A stretch of 64,000 bases of DNA from an uncultured Actinomycetes bacterium. GTDB taxonomy: Bacteria > Actinomycetota > Thermoleophilia > Gaiellales > Gaiellaceae. The notes under the pieces are model-generated. The model was not told the DNA's origin, ran no database searches, and saw nothing but the letters and a program-made list of their open reading frames with translations. Of this stretch, positions 29,561 through 39,591 are shown in pieces (within the stretch, counting starts at the first letter, position 1; every line of letters begins with the position of its first letter). The translations under genes and the position numbers were made by a program. The stretch is taken from positions 61 through 64,060 of the forward strand of contig CAVXHB010000018.1 of the NCBI GenBank assembly GCA_963761365.1. The letters run 5' to 3'.

Positions 29561-29655
29561 TTGGATAGGAGCCCCTTCGGTACGCGTAGGACAGGAGCCA
29601 TCAACGTACCACCGGCGGCCGGTGGCTGCAAAGAGGGAAAACCCTGCTTGCAGGA

Positions 29656-30699
29656 CTAGGAGAGGACGGTCGCGTGGGCGACCGAGGTGATCCGCTTGGA
29701 GCGGGCGATCACGTTCGCCTCGATCAGCTGCGCGCCGATCGTGACTGCGACTTCCTCGGGGGTGCGGGCGCCGATCTGGATCCCGATCGGCGCGTGGAGA
29801 CGGGCGAGGTCGGCTTCGCCGACGCCCTCGTCGCGGAGCCGGAGATCGCGCTCGGTGCGGGTCTTCTCGCTGCCGATCGCCCCGATGTAGCCGGCGTTCG
29901 TGGCCAGCACTCCCTTCAGCGCGGGCACGTCGAACTTCAGGTCGTGGGTCATCATGCAGATCGCTGTGCGGGCATCGACCGGAGCGTGCTCGAGGAAGCG
30001 GTCGGGCCATTCGATCGCGAGCTCGTCGGCATCGGGGAAGCGCTCGCGGGTCATGAAGGTCGACCGCGGGTCGCAGACCGTGACGCGGTAGCCCAGGAAC
30101 TTGCCCATCGTCACGAGCGCGGTGACGTGGTCGCTCGCGCCGAAGATGTACATGTTGGGCCGCGGCGCATATGACTCGACGAAGACGAGCTCGCCTTCGC
30201 CTGTCTCGACGACGCCGCTCTCGCCGAGCTCGAGCAGGGCCCGGGCGGCGGCATCGAGCGGATCGCCGTTCGATTCGCCTTCACCGGAGACGAGACGCTG
30301 CTCGCCGAAGCGCTCGTCGGCCAGGCGCACCGTGATCGCAACCGGCCGGTCGGAGCCGACGGCGCTTCCGAGCGGCTCGACCAGCTTGGGGTCGAGCGCG
30401 TAGACGGCGACGGCGATCGTGCCGCCGCACGAGAGGCCGACGTCGAAGCCGTCGTCGTCGGTGAGCCCGTACCGGCAGATCCGGCCGGTCGAGCCGTTCA
30501 GCACCTCGGTCGCCTCGCGGATCACGGCGGGCTCGACGCAGCCGCCGGTGACCGAGCCTGCGACCTCTCCCGTCGCCGAGACGGCGAGCGTTGCCCCAGG
30601 GTCGCGGGGAGCCGAGCCGATACGCTCGATCACCGACCCAAGCGCGACCGCAGTTCCTTCGCCCGTCCAGCGCTCCAGAATGGGGAGGATGTCACGCAT
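29656..30699 (-). CDS. XdhC/CoxI family accessory protein
   Basis: Last 347 aa of ORF 29656-32103: GSAPRDPGATLAV...GSVTGGCVE, IFGASDHVTALVTMGKFLGYRVTVCDPR, GYIGAIGS, IGARTPEEVAVTI. Confidence 0.8.
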   Translation of the reverse strand: MRDILPILERWTGEGTAVALGSVIERIGSAPRDPGATLAVSATGEVAGSVTGGCVEPAVIREATEVLNGSTGRICRYGLTDDDGFDVGLSCGGTIAVAVYALDPKLVEPLGSAVGSDRPVAITVRLADERFGEQRLVSGEGESNGDPLDAAARALLELGESGVVETGEGELVFVESYAPRPNMYIFGASDHVTALVTMGKFLGYRVTVCDPRSTFMTRERFPDADELAIEWPDRFLEHAPVDARTAICMMTHDLKFDVPALKGVLATNAGYIGAIGSEKTRTERDLRLRDEGVGEADLARLHAPIGIQIGARTPEEVAVTIGAQLIEANVIARSKRITSVAHATVLS

Positions 30700-30756
30700 T
30701 TGCTCCCACAAGAATAGCGCCACCAGACTGTTACCACTAGCTTTTCGGAGGTTCAG

Positions 30757-31359
30757 ATGACGACGCATCCCCAAGCCGCCACCCTTCGGAACGCCGTCCT
30801 GCCCAGGACTGGCCTGCTCACCGACGCCCTGCTGATCGCCGGTGGGGCCGGGCTGATCGCCGCCTCGGCCCAGGTCTCGTTCAAGCTGCCGTTCACGCCG
30901 GTGCCGATCACAGGCCAGACGTTCTCCGTCCTGCTCGTCGGCGCCTCGCTCGGAACGACGCGCGGCGGGGCGAGCGCTCTTCTCTACGTGCTGGCCGGGC
31001 TCCTGTTCCCGATCTATGCGCCGCACACGGGCTATGGCTGGTCGACGATCACGAGCGCGTCGGGCGGCTACCTCGTCAGCTACCCGTTCGTCGCAGCGCT
31101 CACCGGCTGGCTCGCCGAGCGCCGCTGGGACCGCAAGTTCTCCTCGGCGGTCGGCGCGATGCTCACCGGCAACGTCGTCATCTACCTGTTCGGCCTGCCG
31201 TGGCTCGCGGTCGTGCTGAACACGAACCTCGAGAAGACGCTCGAGCTCGGGCTCTACCCGTTCGTTCCCGGCGACACGTTCAAGCTCTACCTCGCCGCGG
31301 CCGCTCTCCCGGGGGCGTGGAAGCTCGTTGGGGCCGCAAAACGGCGAACTGATCGGTGA
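30757..31359 (+). CDS. bioY: biotin transporter BioY
   Basis: Intact 200 aa: VPITGQTFSVLLVGASLG, GGYLVSYPFVAALTGWL, FVPGDTFKLYLAA. Confidence 0.85.
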   Translation: MTTHPQAATLRNAVLPRTGLLTDALLIAGGAGLIAASAQVSFKLPFTPVPITGQTFSVLLVGASLGTTRGGASALLYVLAGLLFPIYAPHTGYGWSTITSASGGYLVSYPFVAALTGWLAERRWDRKFSSAVGAMLTGNVVIYLFGLPWLAVVLNTNLEKTLELGLYPFVPGDTFKLYLAAAALPGAWKLVGAAKRRTDR

Positions 31360-32017
31360 TCTGGAGCTCGCGCCGCTCGAAGCGGTAGACCGCGGCCGGA
31401 CGTCCGCCGGTCGGGCCGGACTCGCGCCGGCTTCCCATCGGGACGAGCAGCCGCCGGCGCACGAGCACGCGCTGGAGATTTGTCGCCGAGACGTCGTGAC
31501 CAAGCGCGGCGCGGTAGTGGTCGCGCAGCTCTGAGAGCGTGAACGTCTCCGGGGCGAGCGCGAAGCCGGCGTTCGTGTAGGAGAGCTTGGCGCGGAGACG
31601 CTCGCGTCCGGCGAGCACGACCCGCGCGTGGTCGAACGCGAGCTTCGGCAGCTTGTCGACCGGATGCCAGCGGGTGTCGTCGGGGAGCGCGGGGTCGACG
31701 TCGCTCGGAACGAGCCCGAGATAGGCGGTCGCGAGCTCGCGGCGCGCCGGGCTCCGGTCGGGGTCGCTGAGCGTCTCGAGCTGCTCGATGTGCGAGAGCT
31801 CGCGGACGTCGACCTTCGCCGCCAGGTGCCGGCGGATCGACTCCTCGAGCGTCTCGTCGGGGGCGAGCTCGCCGCCCGGGAGTGACCAGCAGCCGGCGCA
31901 GGGCTCGAGCGCGCGCTGCCAGAGCAGCACCTCGAGCCGCCCTGCCCGGACCTGGAAGACGACCGCCAGCACGGTGTGCGCCGCGGCCGCTGTTTTCGCC
32001 TGAGGGTCGGAAACCAT
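31280..32017 (-). CDS. nrtR: NrtR-family regulator (Nudix domain + C-terminal winged helix)
   Basis: Nudix box WSLPGGELAPDETLEESIRRHLAAKV. C-terminal TLSELRDHYRAALGHDVSATNLQRVLVRR...YRF. Divergent from nadB. The 3' 80 nt overlap bioY. Confidence 0.7.
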   Translation of the reverse strand: MVSDPQAKTAAAAHTVLAVVFQVRAGRLEVLLWQRALEPCAGCWSLPGGELAPDETLEESIRRHLAAKVDVRELSHIEQLETLSDPDRSPARRELATAYLGLVPSDVDPALPDDTRWHPVDKLPKLAFDHARVVLAGRERLRAKLSYTNAGFALAPETFTLSELRDHYRAALGHDVSATNLQRVLVRRRLLVPMGSRRESGPTGGRPAAVYRFERRELQITDQFAVLRPQRASTPPGERPRRGRA

Positions 32018-32060
32018 GTAGACTCTGGACAGGTTATCGACTTTGAGGAGAAAACCTGAC
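32018..32060. promoter_or_regulatory. 43-bp divergent nrtR / nadB control region
   Basis: The only space for both promoters and any NrtR operator. GAGGAG RBS 8 nt before nadB ATG 32061. I could not define a clean palindrome. Confidence 0.4.
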
Positions 32061-33441
32061 ATGGTCGTCGTCGGAGGCGGAGTTGCCGGGCTCTATGCGG
32101 CACTCAGCGCGGCCGACGGAGGGCGAGGTGCTCCTGCTCGCGAAGGGGCCGGTCGCCGCATCGAACAGCTGGCACGCGCAGGGTGGCGTCGCCGCGGCGC
32201 TCGCGCAGGAGGACGAGCCCGGCTTCCACGCTGAGGACACGTTGCGCGCCGGCCGCGGCCTCTGTCGCGTGAGCGCCGTCCGCGCACTGACCGAAGACGC
32301 GCCGGCAAGGATTGCCGACCTCGTCGAGCTCGGCGTCGACTTCGACGACGACCTTGGCCGCGAGGGCGGCCACTCGCTGCGGCGGATCGCGCACGTGAAC
32401 GGCGCCGAGACCGGCAAGGCAATTGCCGCGGCGCTTGCCGAACGCGTGCGCGTGCATCCACGGATCACCGTCGCCGAGGGCGAGACGGTGCGCTCGCTGT
32501 GGGAGGAGGACGGACGCTGTGTGGGTGTTGTCACAGACGACCGCTCGATTCCCGCGCCGGCGACGCTGCTCGCCACCGGCGGGTACGCGGCGCTTTGGGA
32601 GCGCACGACGAATCCGGCCGGCGCGGTCGGGGACGGGCTCGTGCTCGCCTATCGCGCGGGTGCCGCGCTCGGCGATCTCGAATTCGTGCAGTTCCACCCG
32701 ACTGCACTGAAGGGGAACGGCTTCCTGCTCTCCGAAGCGCTGCGCGGCGAGGGAGCCGTCCTCGTCGGTGCCGACGGCGGCCGCTTCACCGACGAGCTCG
32801 CGCCGCGCGACGTCGTCACGCGCGCGATCGTCGCGAACGGCGACGCGCGGCTCGACCTGCGCGCGATCGACCGCGGACGTTTTCCCGGGCCTGATGGCGA
32901 CGCTCGAACGCGAGGGCTACGACCCCGCCGCCGAGCCGATTCCGGTTTCGCCCGCCGCGCACTACACGGTCGGCGGCATCGTCACCGACCTCGACGGGCG
33001 CTCGACGCTGCCGGGGCTGTACGCCGCCGGCGAATGTGCGGCAACCGGCGTGCACGGCGCCAACCGGCTCGCATCGAACTCGCTGCTCGAGTGCCTCGTC
33101 TTCGGCCGTCGCGCCGCGCTTGCGGCACTCTCGGAGCCGGCCGCGGCGCGGTCCGTCTACGACAGGGGTCAGACCCCTTAGACAGTCGTCACGAAACCGT
33201 AACGCCGGAAATTCGGCACGCGCTCTGGGAGGACGCCGGTGTGATCCGCAACGCCGAGGGGCTCGAGCGGCTGCTCCACGTCGATGCGCTGCTGCCGCGT
33301 CTCGTCGCCGAGAGCGCGCTCGCCCGGCGCGAGAGCCGCGGCGCGCACTTCCGCTCCGACTTCCCGACCGAGGACGAGGCGTTCGCGGCCCATGTCGTCC
33401 TGACGCGCGGCGAGGAGCCGCGGCTCGAGACGTGGGTCTGA
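32061..33441 (+). CDS. nadB: L-aspartate oxidase (frame-disrupted)
   Basis: [18 protein letters not shown] (FAD fold), [81 protein letters not shown]. At least 3 frame changes. Confidence 0.9.
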
Positions 33442-34260
33442 CCCCGGAGATACTCGAGCCCGTCGTTCGCGCGGCGCTCGCCGAGGACGTCGGCAGCGGC
33501 GACCGCACGACGGACGGGCTCGTTCCCGCCGATGCGCGCTGCACGGCCGAGCTGCTGCTCGAGGAGCCGGGCGTCGTCTGCGGTGTCGCAGCGGTGCACG
33601 CAGTCTTCCAAGCGCTCGATCCCGGCGTGCGCGTCGAGGCCCTGCTTGCGGAGGGCTCACGGATCACCGACGTTCCCGCACGAGTCGCCACGATCGAGGG
33701 CCCCGCACGCGCGATCCTCACCGGCGAGCGAACCGCGCTCAACATCTTCGGCCGCCTCTGCGGAATCGCAACGCTCACCGCCCGGTACGTCGATCTCGTC
33801 GAGGGCACGGGCACGGCGATCCTCGACACGCGCAAGACGACACCCGGGCTGCGCGCACTCGAACGCTACGCAGTCCGCTGCGGCGGCGGTGTGAATCACC
33901 GCTTCGGCCTGCACGACGCGATCCTCGTCAAGGAGAACCACCTTCGCATCGCCGGCGGCATCGCGCCGGCGGTGGCCGCGTCTCCGCAACGGCCGGCCGA
34001 TCGAGGTCGAGGCGGAGACGCTCGACGACGTCGCCGAAGCACTCGAGGCCGGGGTCGAACGGATTCTGCTCGACAACATGACGCCCGAGCAGGTGCGCGC
34101 CGCCGTCGAGCTCGTCGCCGGACGCGCACAGCTCGAAGCATCGGGCGGCATCTCGCTCGCGACGGTGCGCGCCTACGCGGAGGCTGGCGTCGACTTCATC
34201 TCGGTCGGCGCGCTGACCCACTCGGCTCGCTCGCTCGACGTTTCCCTGGAGGTCGAATGA
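33432..34260 (+). CDS. nadC: nicotinate-nucleotide (quinolinate) pyrophosphorylase (frame-disrupted)
   Basis: [95 protein letters not shown]. Confidence 0.9.
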
Positions 34261-35193
34261 CTGCGCTCGAAGTAGACACGCTGCATGAGGAGGTGCGCGC
34301 GCTTGCACGCGAGCGCAACGCCGTCATCCTCGCGCACAACTACCAGCTGCCCGACGTGCAGGACGTTGCCGACTACGTCGGCGATTCGCTCGGGCTCTCG
34401 CGACAGGCCGCGGCAACCGAAGCCGACGTGATCGTCTTCTGTGGAGTGCACTTCATGGCCGAGACTGCGGCGATTCTCTCGCCCGACAAGACGGTGCTGA
34501 TTCCCGATCTGCGCGCCGGCTGCTCGCTCGCCTCCTCGATCACGGCGGAGCAACTGCGCGCCTGGAAGGCAGAGCATCCCGGTGCCGTCGTCGTCTCGTA
34601 CGTGAACACGACCGCCGAGGTGAAGGCCGAGAGCGACTACTGCTGCACGTCCGGGCAACGCGAAGGCCGTGATCGAGGCGATCCCGGCCGACCAGGAGAT
34701 CCTCTTCCTGCCCGACCTGTTCCTCGGCATCTGGCTGGAGAAGGTGACCGGTCGCAAGCTGACGATCTGGCTCGGCGAGTGCCACGTGCATGCGGGCATC
34801 CGCCCGAGCGACATCACGCGCTGGCACGAGGAGGCGCCCGATGCCGATTTGCTCGTCCATCCCGAATGCGGTTGCGCAAGCCAGGCGATGGCATTTGCCG
34901 ACGGACGCACGAAGATCCTGTCGACCGAGGGGATGGTCGAGCACGCGCGCACTTCGCCGAAGCAGCGGTTCATGATCGCGACGGAGGAGGGGATCATCCA
35001 CCGCCTCCAGCGCGAGGCGCCCGGCAAGACGTTCCAGCCGGTGCGCGAGGGCGCGGTCTGCCGCTTCATGAAGATGATCACGCTCGAGAAGGTGCGCGAC
35101 TCGCTGCGCGACTGGCAGTACGAGGTGACGGTCGATCCCGAGATCGCGGCGCGGGCCCGCGGCGCGATCGACCGGATGATCGCGTTGGGGTAG
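34257..35193 (+). CDS. nadA: quinolinate synthase (one frame change near 34655)
   Basis: ATGA overlap with nad[62 protein letters not shown]. Confidence 0.9.
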
Positions 35194-35202
35194 CGTCGAC
35201 TC

Positions 35203-36310
35203 GTGAGATCGCGGCTGGAAGCAGTGCTCGCGTGCATCGTCGCGGTGGCTGTCATCACGGGCGTGATCTTCGGCCTGCGGTCCTACGTTCCGGTGCTGAG
35301 CCTTGGCGCGCTCTACGTGTTCGCCGTGCTGCCGGTCGCCGTGGCGTTCGGAATCGGGTACGCGGCGGCCGTGTCGATCGCCTCGATGCTCGCGTTCAAC
35401 TGGTTCTTCCTGGCGCCGGTGCACACGTTCACGCTCGCCGATTCGAGCGACTGGCTCGCGCTCGCTCGTCTTTCTCACCACTGCGATCGTCGTCGGTGAG
35501 CTTGCTGCTCGTTCCCGCCGCCGAGCGCAAGAGGCGTCGATGCTTGCCGACGCGGCGACATCACTACTCGCGGAACGCGAGCGGCTCGCCGCGGAGGCGC
35601 TCGAGGCCGAGGCGCTTCGCCGCGCGACGTGATCAAGACCGCGCTCCTGCGCGCGGTCAGCCACGATCTGCGCACGCCGTTGATGGCGATCTCGACCTCG
35701 GCGGGAGCACTCGCGCGTCGACGACCTGACGATCGACGATGCCGACCGCGCCGAGCTGCTCGCAACGATCCTCAGCGCCTCGGACCGGCTCGACCATCTC
35801 GTCGGCAACCTGCTCGACCTCTCGCGCCTGCAGGCGGGCGCCGCGCAACCCGAGCCGGCGCTGCTCGAGCTCGACGATCTCGTTGTCGGCGCTCTCGACG
35901 AGCTGGGCAAGGATGGCCGGCGCGTCGAGGTTGCCTTCTCCGACGAGTCGCCGGCCGTGCGCGTCGACGCGCATCAGATCCAGCGCGTGCTCGTGAACCT
36001 GCTCGAGAACGCGCTCAAGTACTCGCCGGCCGGACGAGCCGGTGCACGTGAATGTCTCTGGCACTCCGGCCGAGGCGGTCGTCCGCGTGATCGACCACGG
36101 GCCCGGCGTCACCATCGAGGAGCGCGAGCGGATCTTCGAGCCGTTCCACCGCGGCGATCGAGGCGACGTCGCCGGCGCCGGCCTCGGGCTCGCGATCGCG
36201 CGCGGCTTCGCCGAGGCGAACGGCGGCCGGGTGTGGGTCGAGTCGCGCTCGGGCCAGGGCGCGACGTTCGTCCTCTCGCTTCCGGCGGTCGCGCCGAGGT
36301 CACTGCATGA
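35203..36310 (+). CDS. KdpD-type sensor histidine kinase lacking the KdpD N-terminal/Usp sensor (DUF4118 TM + HisKA + HATPase), frame-disrupted
   Basis: TM block [46 protein letters not shown]-box [15 protein letters not shown] boxes [49 protein letters not shown]. Confidence 0.8.
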
Positions 36311-36997
36311 CGCGGCGCGCGCATCCTCGTCGTCGACGACGAGCAGCAGATTCTGCGCGCGCTGCGCACGAGCCTGCGCGGCGCCGGCTACGAGGTCGAG
36401 ACCGCCGACACGGCCGAGGGCGCGCTCGCCGCCGCGGCGATGCGCCCGCCCGAGGCGGTGATCCTCGATCTCGTGCTTCCGGACGGCACCGGCATCGACG
36501 TCTGCCGCGAGCTGCGCAAGTGGAGCTCGGCGCCGGTGATCGTGCTCTCGGCGGTCGGCGAGGAGCGCGAGAAGGTGGCGGCGCTCGACGCCGGTGCCGA
36601 CGACTACGTCACGAAGCCGGTCGGGATCGACGAGCTGCTCGCGCGGCTGCGCGCGGTGCTGCGCCGCACCGCTCCGTCGGGCGAGCCGGTGATCGAGGTC
36701 GGCGAGCTCGTCGTCGATCTCGAGAAGCGCGCGGTGACGCTCGCCGGCAAGCCGGTGCACCTGACGCCGCATCAGTTCGACCTGCTGCGCGTCTTCGCCG
36801 TCAACGAGGGCAAGCTGCTCACCCACCGGATGCTCCTGCAGGAGGTGTGGGGCCCCGGCTACGGCAGCGAGTCGAACCTGCTGCACGTGAACGTCTCGCA
36901 GCTGCGCCGCAAGATCGAGCCGGACCGCGCGCAGCCGCGCTACCTGCTGACCGAGCCCGGCGCCGGCTACCGCCTCGTCGAGCCCGCTGCGCCCTAA
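36307..36997 (+). CDS. kdpE: OmpR-family response regulator KdpE (frame change just after the start)
   Basis: ATGA overlap with the kinase. ILVVDDEQQILRAL, VILDLVLPDG, LSAVGEEREKVAALDAGADDYVTKP, LTPHQFDLLRVF...GAGYRL. Confidence 0.85.
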
Positions 36998-37002
36998 AGC
37001 AA

Positions 37003-37114
37003 CCTCAGGGTCTCTTCAGGCACGCACGGCGCCTGAACCTTCAGGCCGCCGTCAGCGGCGCCTCCTACGTGCTTCAGGCGTCGTTCGACTCGCCTGGCAC
37101 GGCACCGTCAGGAA
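37003..37114 (+). promoter_or_regulatory. array of YTCAGG repeats upstream of the kdp structural genes (candidate KdpE operator / leader structure)
   Basis: CTCAGG 37004, TTCAGG 37015, TTCAGG 37040, GTCAGC 37051, TTCAGG 37073, GTCAGG 37107. Two pairs are spaced exactly 11 bp apart. GCCTGAA-CC-TTCAGGC palindrome at 37031-37046. Confidence 0.4.
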
Positions 37115-37117
37115 TGC

Positions 37118-37201
37118 ATGTACGACCTCGCCGCGCTCGGGATCGTCGCCGCCTGCTTCGCCTTCATCTTCCTGCTCCTCTGGCTCCTGGAGCGCGTCTG
37201 A
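37118..37201 (+). CDS. 27-aa hydrophobic peptide ORF preceding kdpF
   Basis: MYDLAALGIVAACFAFIFLLLWLLERV. Its TGA overlaps the kdpF ATG (TGATG). Confidence 0.45.
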   Translation: MYDLAALGIVAACFAFIFLLLWLLERV

Positions 37202-37290
37202 TGTCGGCCGCCGACGCCTTCGGGCTCGCCGTCTCGCTCGCCGTGCTCGCGTACCTCGTCTACGCGCTGTTTCGCGGTGAGCGGTTCTAG
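37201..37290 (+). CDS. kdpF: K+-transporting ATPase subunit F
   Basis: 29 aa MSAADAFGLAVSLAVLAYLVYALFRGERF (KdpF-type YLxYALxRxERF ending). Immediately followed by the kdpA ATG. Confidence 0.8.
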   Translation: MSAADAFGLAVSLAVLAYLVYALFRGERF

Positions 37291-39000
37291 ATGAGCGGCC
37301 AGGGCATCGCCCAGATCCTCGTCTACGCGATCGCGCTGATCGCGCTCGCGTACCCGCTCGGCCTCTACATGGCGCGGGTCTACACGGCCGCGATGCGGCC
37401 GCGTGCTCGCGCGGTCGAGCGCGGCTTCTACCGGCTCGTCCGCGCCGACGCGGAGCAGCGAGCAGGACTGGAAGGGCTACGGCAAGACCGTGCTCGTCTT
37501 CAGCGTCGCTCTTCTTCGGCGTGCTCTACGCGATCCAGCGCGCTGCAGGGGCACCTGTTCCTGAACCCGGACCACCTGAAGGGCGTGCCGTCGCACATCG
37601 CGCTGAACACGGCCGCCAGCTTCATCACGAACACGAACTGGCAGTTCTACGGCGGCGAGTACACGATGTCGTACCTCACCCAGATGGCCGGGCTCGCGGT
37701 GCAGAACTTCGTCTCGGCCGCGGTCGGGATGGCCGTGCTCGCCGCCGTCGTGCGCGGGCTCGCGCGCCGCTCGCGCCGGAACGCTCGGCAACTTCTGGGT
37801 CGACCTCTACCGCTCGCTCGTCTACATCCTGCTGCCGCTCGCCGATCGTCGTCGCGGTGATTCTGGTCTCGCAGGGCGTGCCGCAGACGTTCCACGGGCA
37901 CGCGACCGCGACCACGCTCCAGGGCGCGCAGCAGACGATCGCGCGCGGCCCGGTCGCCTCGCAGATCGCGATCAAGCAGCTCGGGACGAACGGCGGCGGC
38001 TACTACAACTCGAACTCGGCCGTTCCGTTCGAGAACCCGAACGGGCTGACGAACTTCCTCGAGCTGCTCGCGATCCTGCTGATCCCGGCGGCGCAGGTGT
38101 TCATGTTCGGGAAGATGGTGCTCGCGCGACGACACGCCTGGATGGTGTTCGCGGCGATGTTCGCGATGTTCGCGCTCGGCGTCGCGATCAAGCTGCCCGC
38201 CGAGCAGCACGGCTCGCAGGTGCTGCGCACCTCCGGCGTGAACATCACGCAGGGCAGCGGCCAGAGCGGCGGCAACATGGCCGACAAGGAGGTTCGCTTC
38301 GGCAGTCGCCAACACGGCGCTCTGGACGATCGCGACGACCGACGCCTCGAACGGCTCGGTCAACGGCGGCCACGACGCGCATGACGCCCGGCCGGCGGCG
38401 CCGTGCCCGCTCGTCAACATCTTCGTCGGCGAGGTGATCTTCGGCGGCGTCGGCTCCGGCCTCTACGGGATGTTCTTCTACATCCTCATCGCCGTCTTCG
38501 TCGCCGGCCTGATGGTCGGCCGGACACCCGAGTAGCTCGGCAAGAAGATCGAGGCGCGCGAGATCAAGTACGCGGCGCTCGGCGCGCTCTTCGTGCCGAC
38601 GATGGTGCTGACGCTGACCGCGCTCTCGATCGTGACGAAGAGCGGGCTCGCCTCGATCTACAACGGCGGCGCGCACGGCTTCACCGAGGCGCTCTACGCC
38701 TACGACTCGCAGTCGAACAACAACGGCAGCGCGTTCGCCGGCTACGGCGCGACGAACTTCTCGCGCCGACTTCGGGACGATCGCGATGCTCCTCGGCCGC
38801 TTCGTGCCGCTGCTCGCGGCGCTCGCGCTCGGCGGCTCGCTCGCCGAAGAAGAAGATCGGCACCGGTCTCGGCGGGCACGTTCCGCACCGACGGCCCGAC
38901 GTTCGTCGTGCTGCTCGTCGGCGTGATCGTGCTCACCGCCGGCCTGATGATCTTCCCGGCGCTCACGCTCGGCCCGATCGTCGAAGGGCTGATGCACTGA
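37291..39000 (+). CDS. kdpA: K+-transporting ATPase subunit A (many frame changes and one in-frame TAG)
   Basis: [126 protein letters not shown], tail [11 protein letters not shown]. Confidence 0.9.
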
Positions 39001-39591
39001 TGCGCGAACGTCGTCAGCTCGCGTCGTCGCGATCGTCGTGCTCACCGGCGGTCTTCGGCTTCGGCTACCCGCTCGCGATGACCGGCTTCGCGCAGGTCGC
39101 GTTCAAGAACCAGGCGAACGGCAGCCTGATCACGGTCGAACGGCAAGGTCGTCGGCTCGAAGCTCGCCGCGCAGGCGTTCACGAGCGCGCAGCTACTTCC
39201 ACGAGCGCCCGTCGGCCGGCCTGCCTACAACGCCGGGGGGACGACGTTCGCGAACCTCGGCCCGACGAGCCCCGACCTCGCGAAGAACGTCAAGCGCAGC
39301 GGCCGCAGGCGATCCTGAAGCTCGAAGGCCCGTACAACCCGGGCCTGACGATCCACGACATCCCGGTCGACGCCGTCACGACGTCGGCCTCCGGGATCGA
39401 CCCCGACATCTCGCCGGCCTACGCGCGAGCTCCAGGCGCGCCGCGATCGCCGCCGTCCGGCACCTGCCGCTCGCGACCGTGCAGCAGCTGATCGAGCAGC
39501 ACACCGACGGCCGCTCGTGGGGCTTCTTCGGCGAGCCCGGCGTGAACGTGCTCGAGCTCAACCTCGCACTCGACAGGCAGGAGGCGGCTAG
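39000..39591 (+). CDS. kdpC: K+-transporting ATPase subunit C (frame-disrupted), located between kdpA and kdpB
   Basis: TGATG junction with kdp[56 protein letters not shown]. Confidence 0.8.

Noticed and set aside
29656-32103. 815-aa ORF on the minus strand that looks like a giant protein
   Set aside because: Only the last 347 aa (29656-30699) are XdhC-like. The rest is stop-free antisense or out-of-frame read-through across bioY and nrtR, which is typical of very GC-rich DNA.
33036-35729. 897-aa ORF on the plus strand
   Set aside because: A single frame happens to stay open across nadB, nadC, nadA and the kinase. Recognisable protein sequence appears in it only in segments (nadC N-terminus, nadA N-terminus), and Arg/Ala-rich nonsense lies between them.
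36998-37117. c-di-AMP (ydaO/kimA-type) riboswitch, which often precedes kdp operons
   Set aside because: The region is too short, and I could not find the pseudo-symmetric conserved cores. The repeats look like protein-binding direct repeats instead. A covariance-model scan would settle it.
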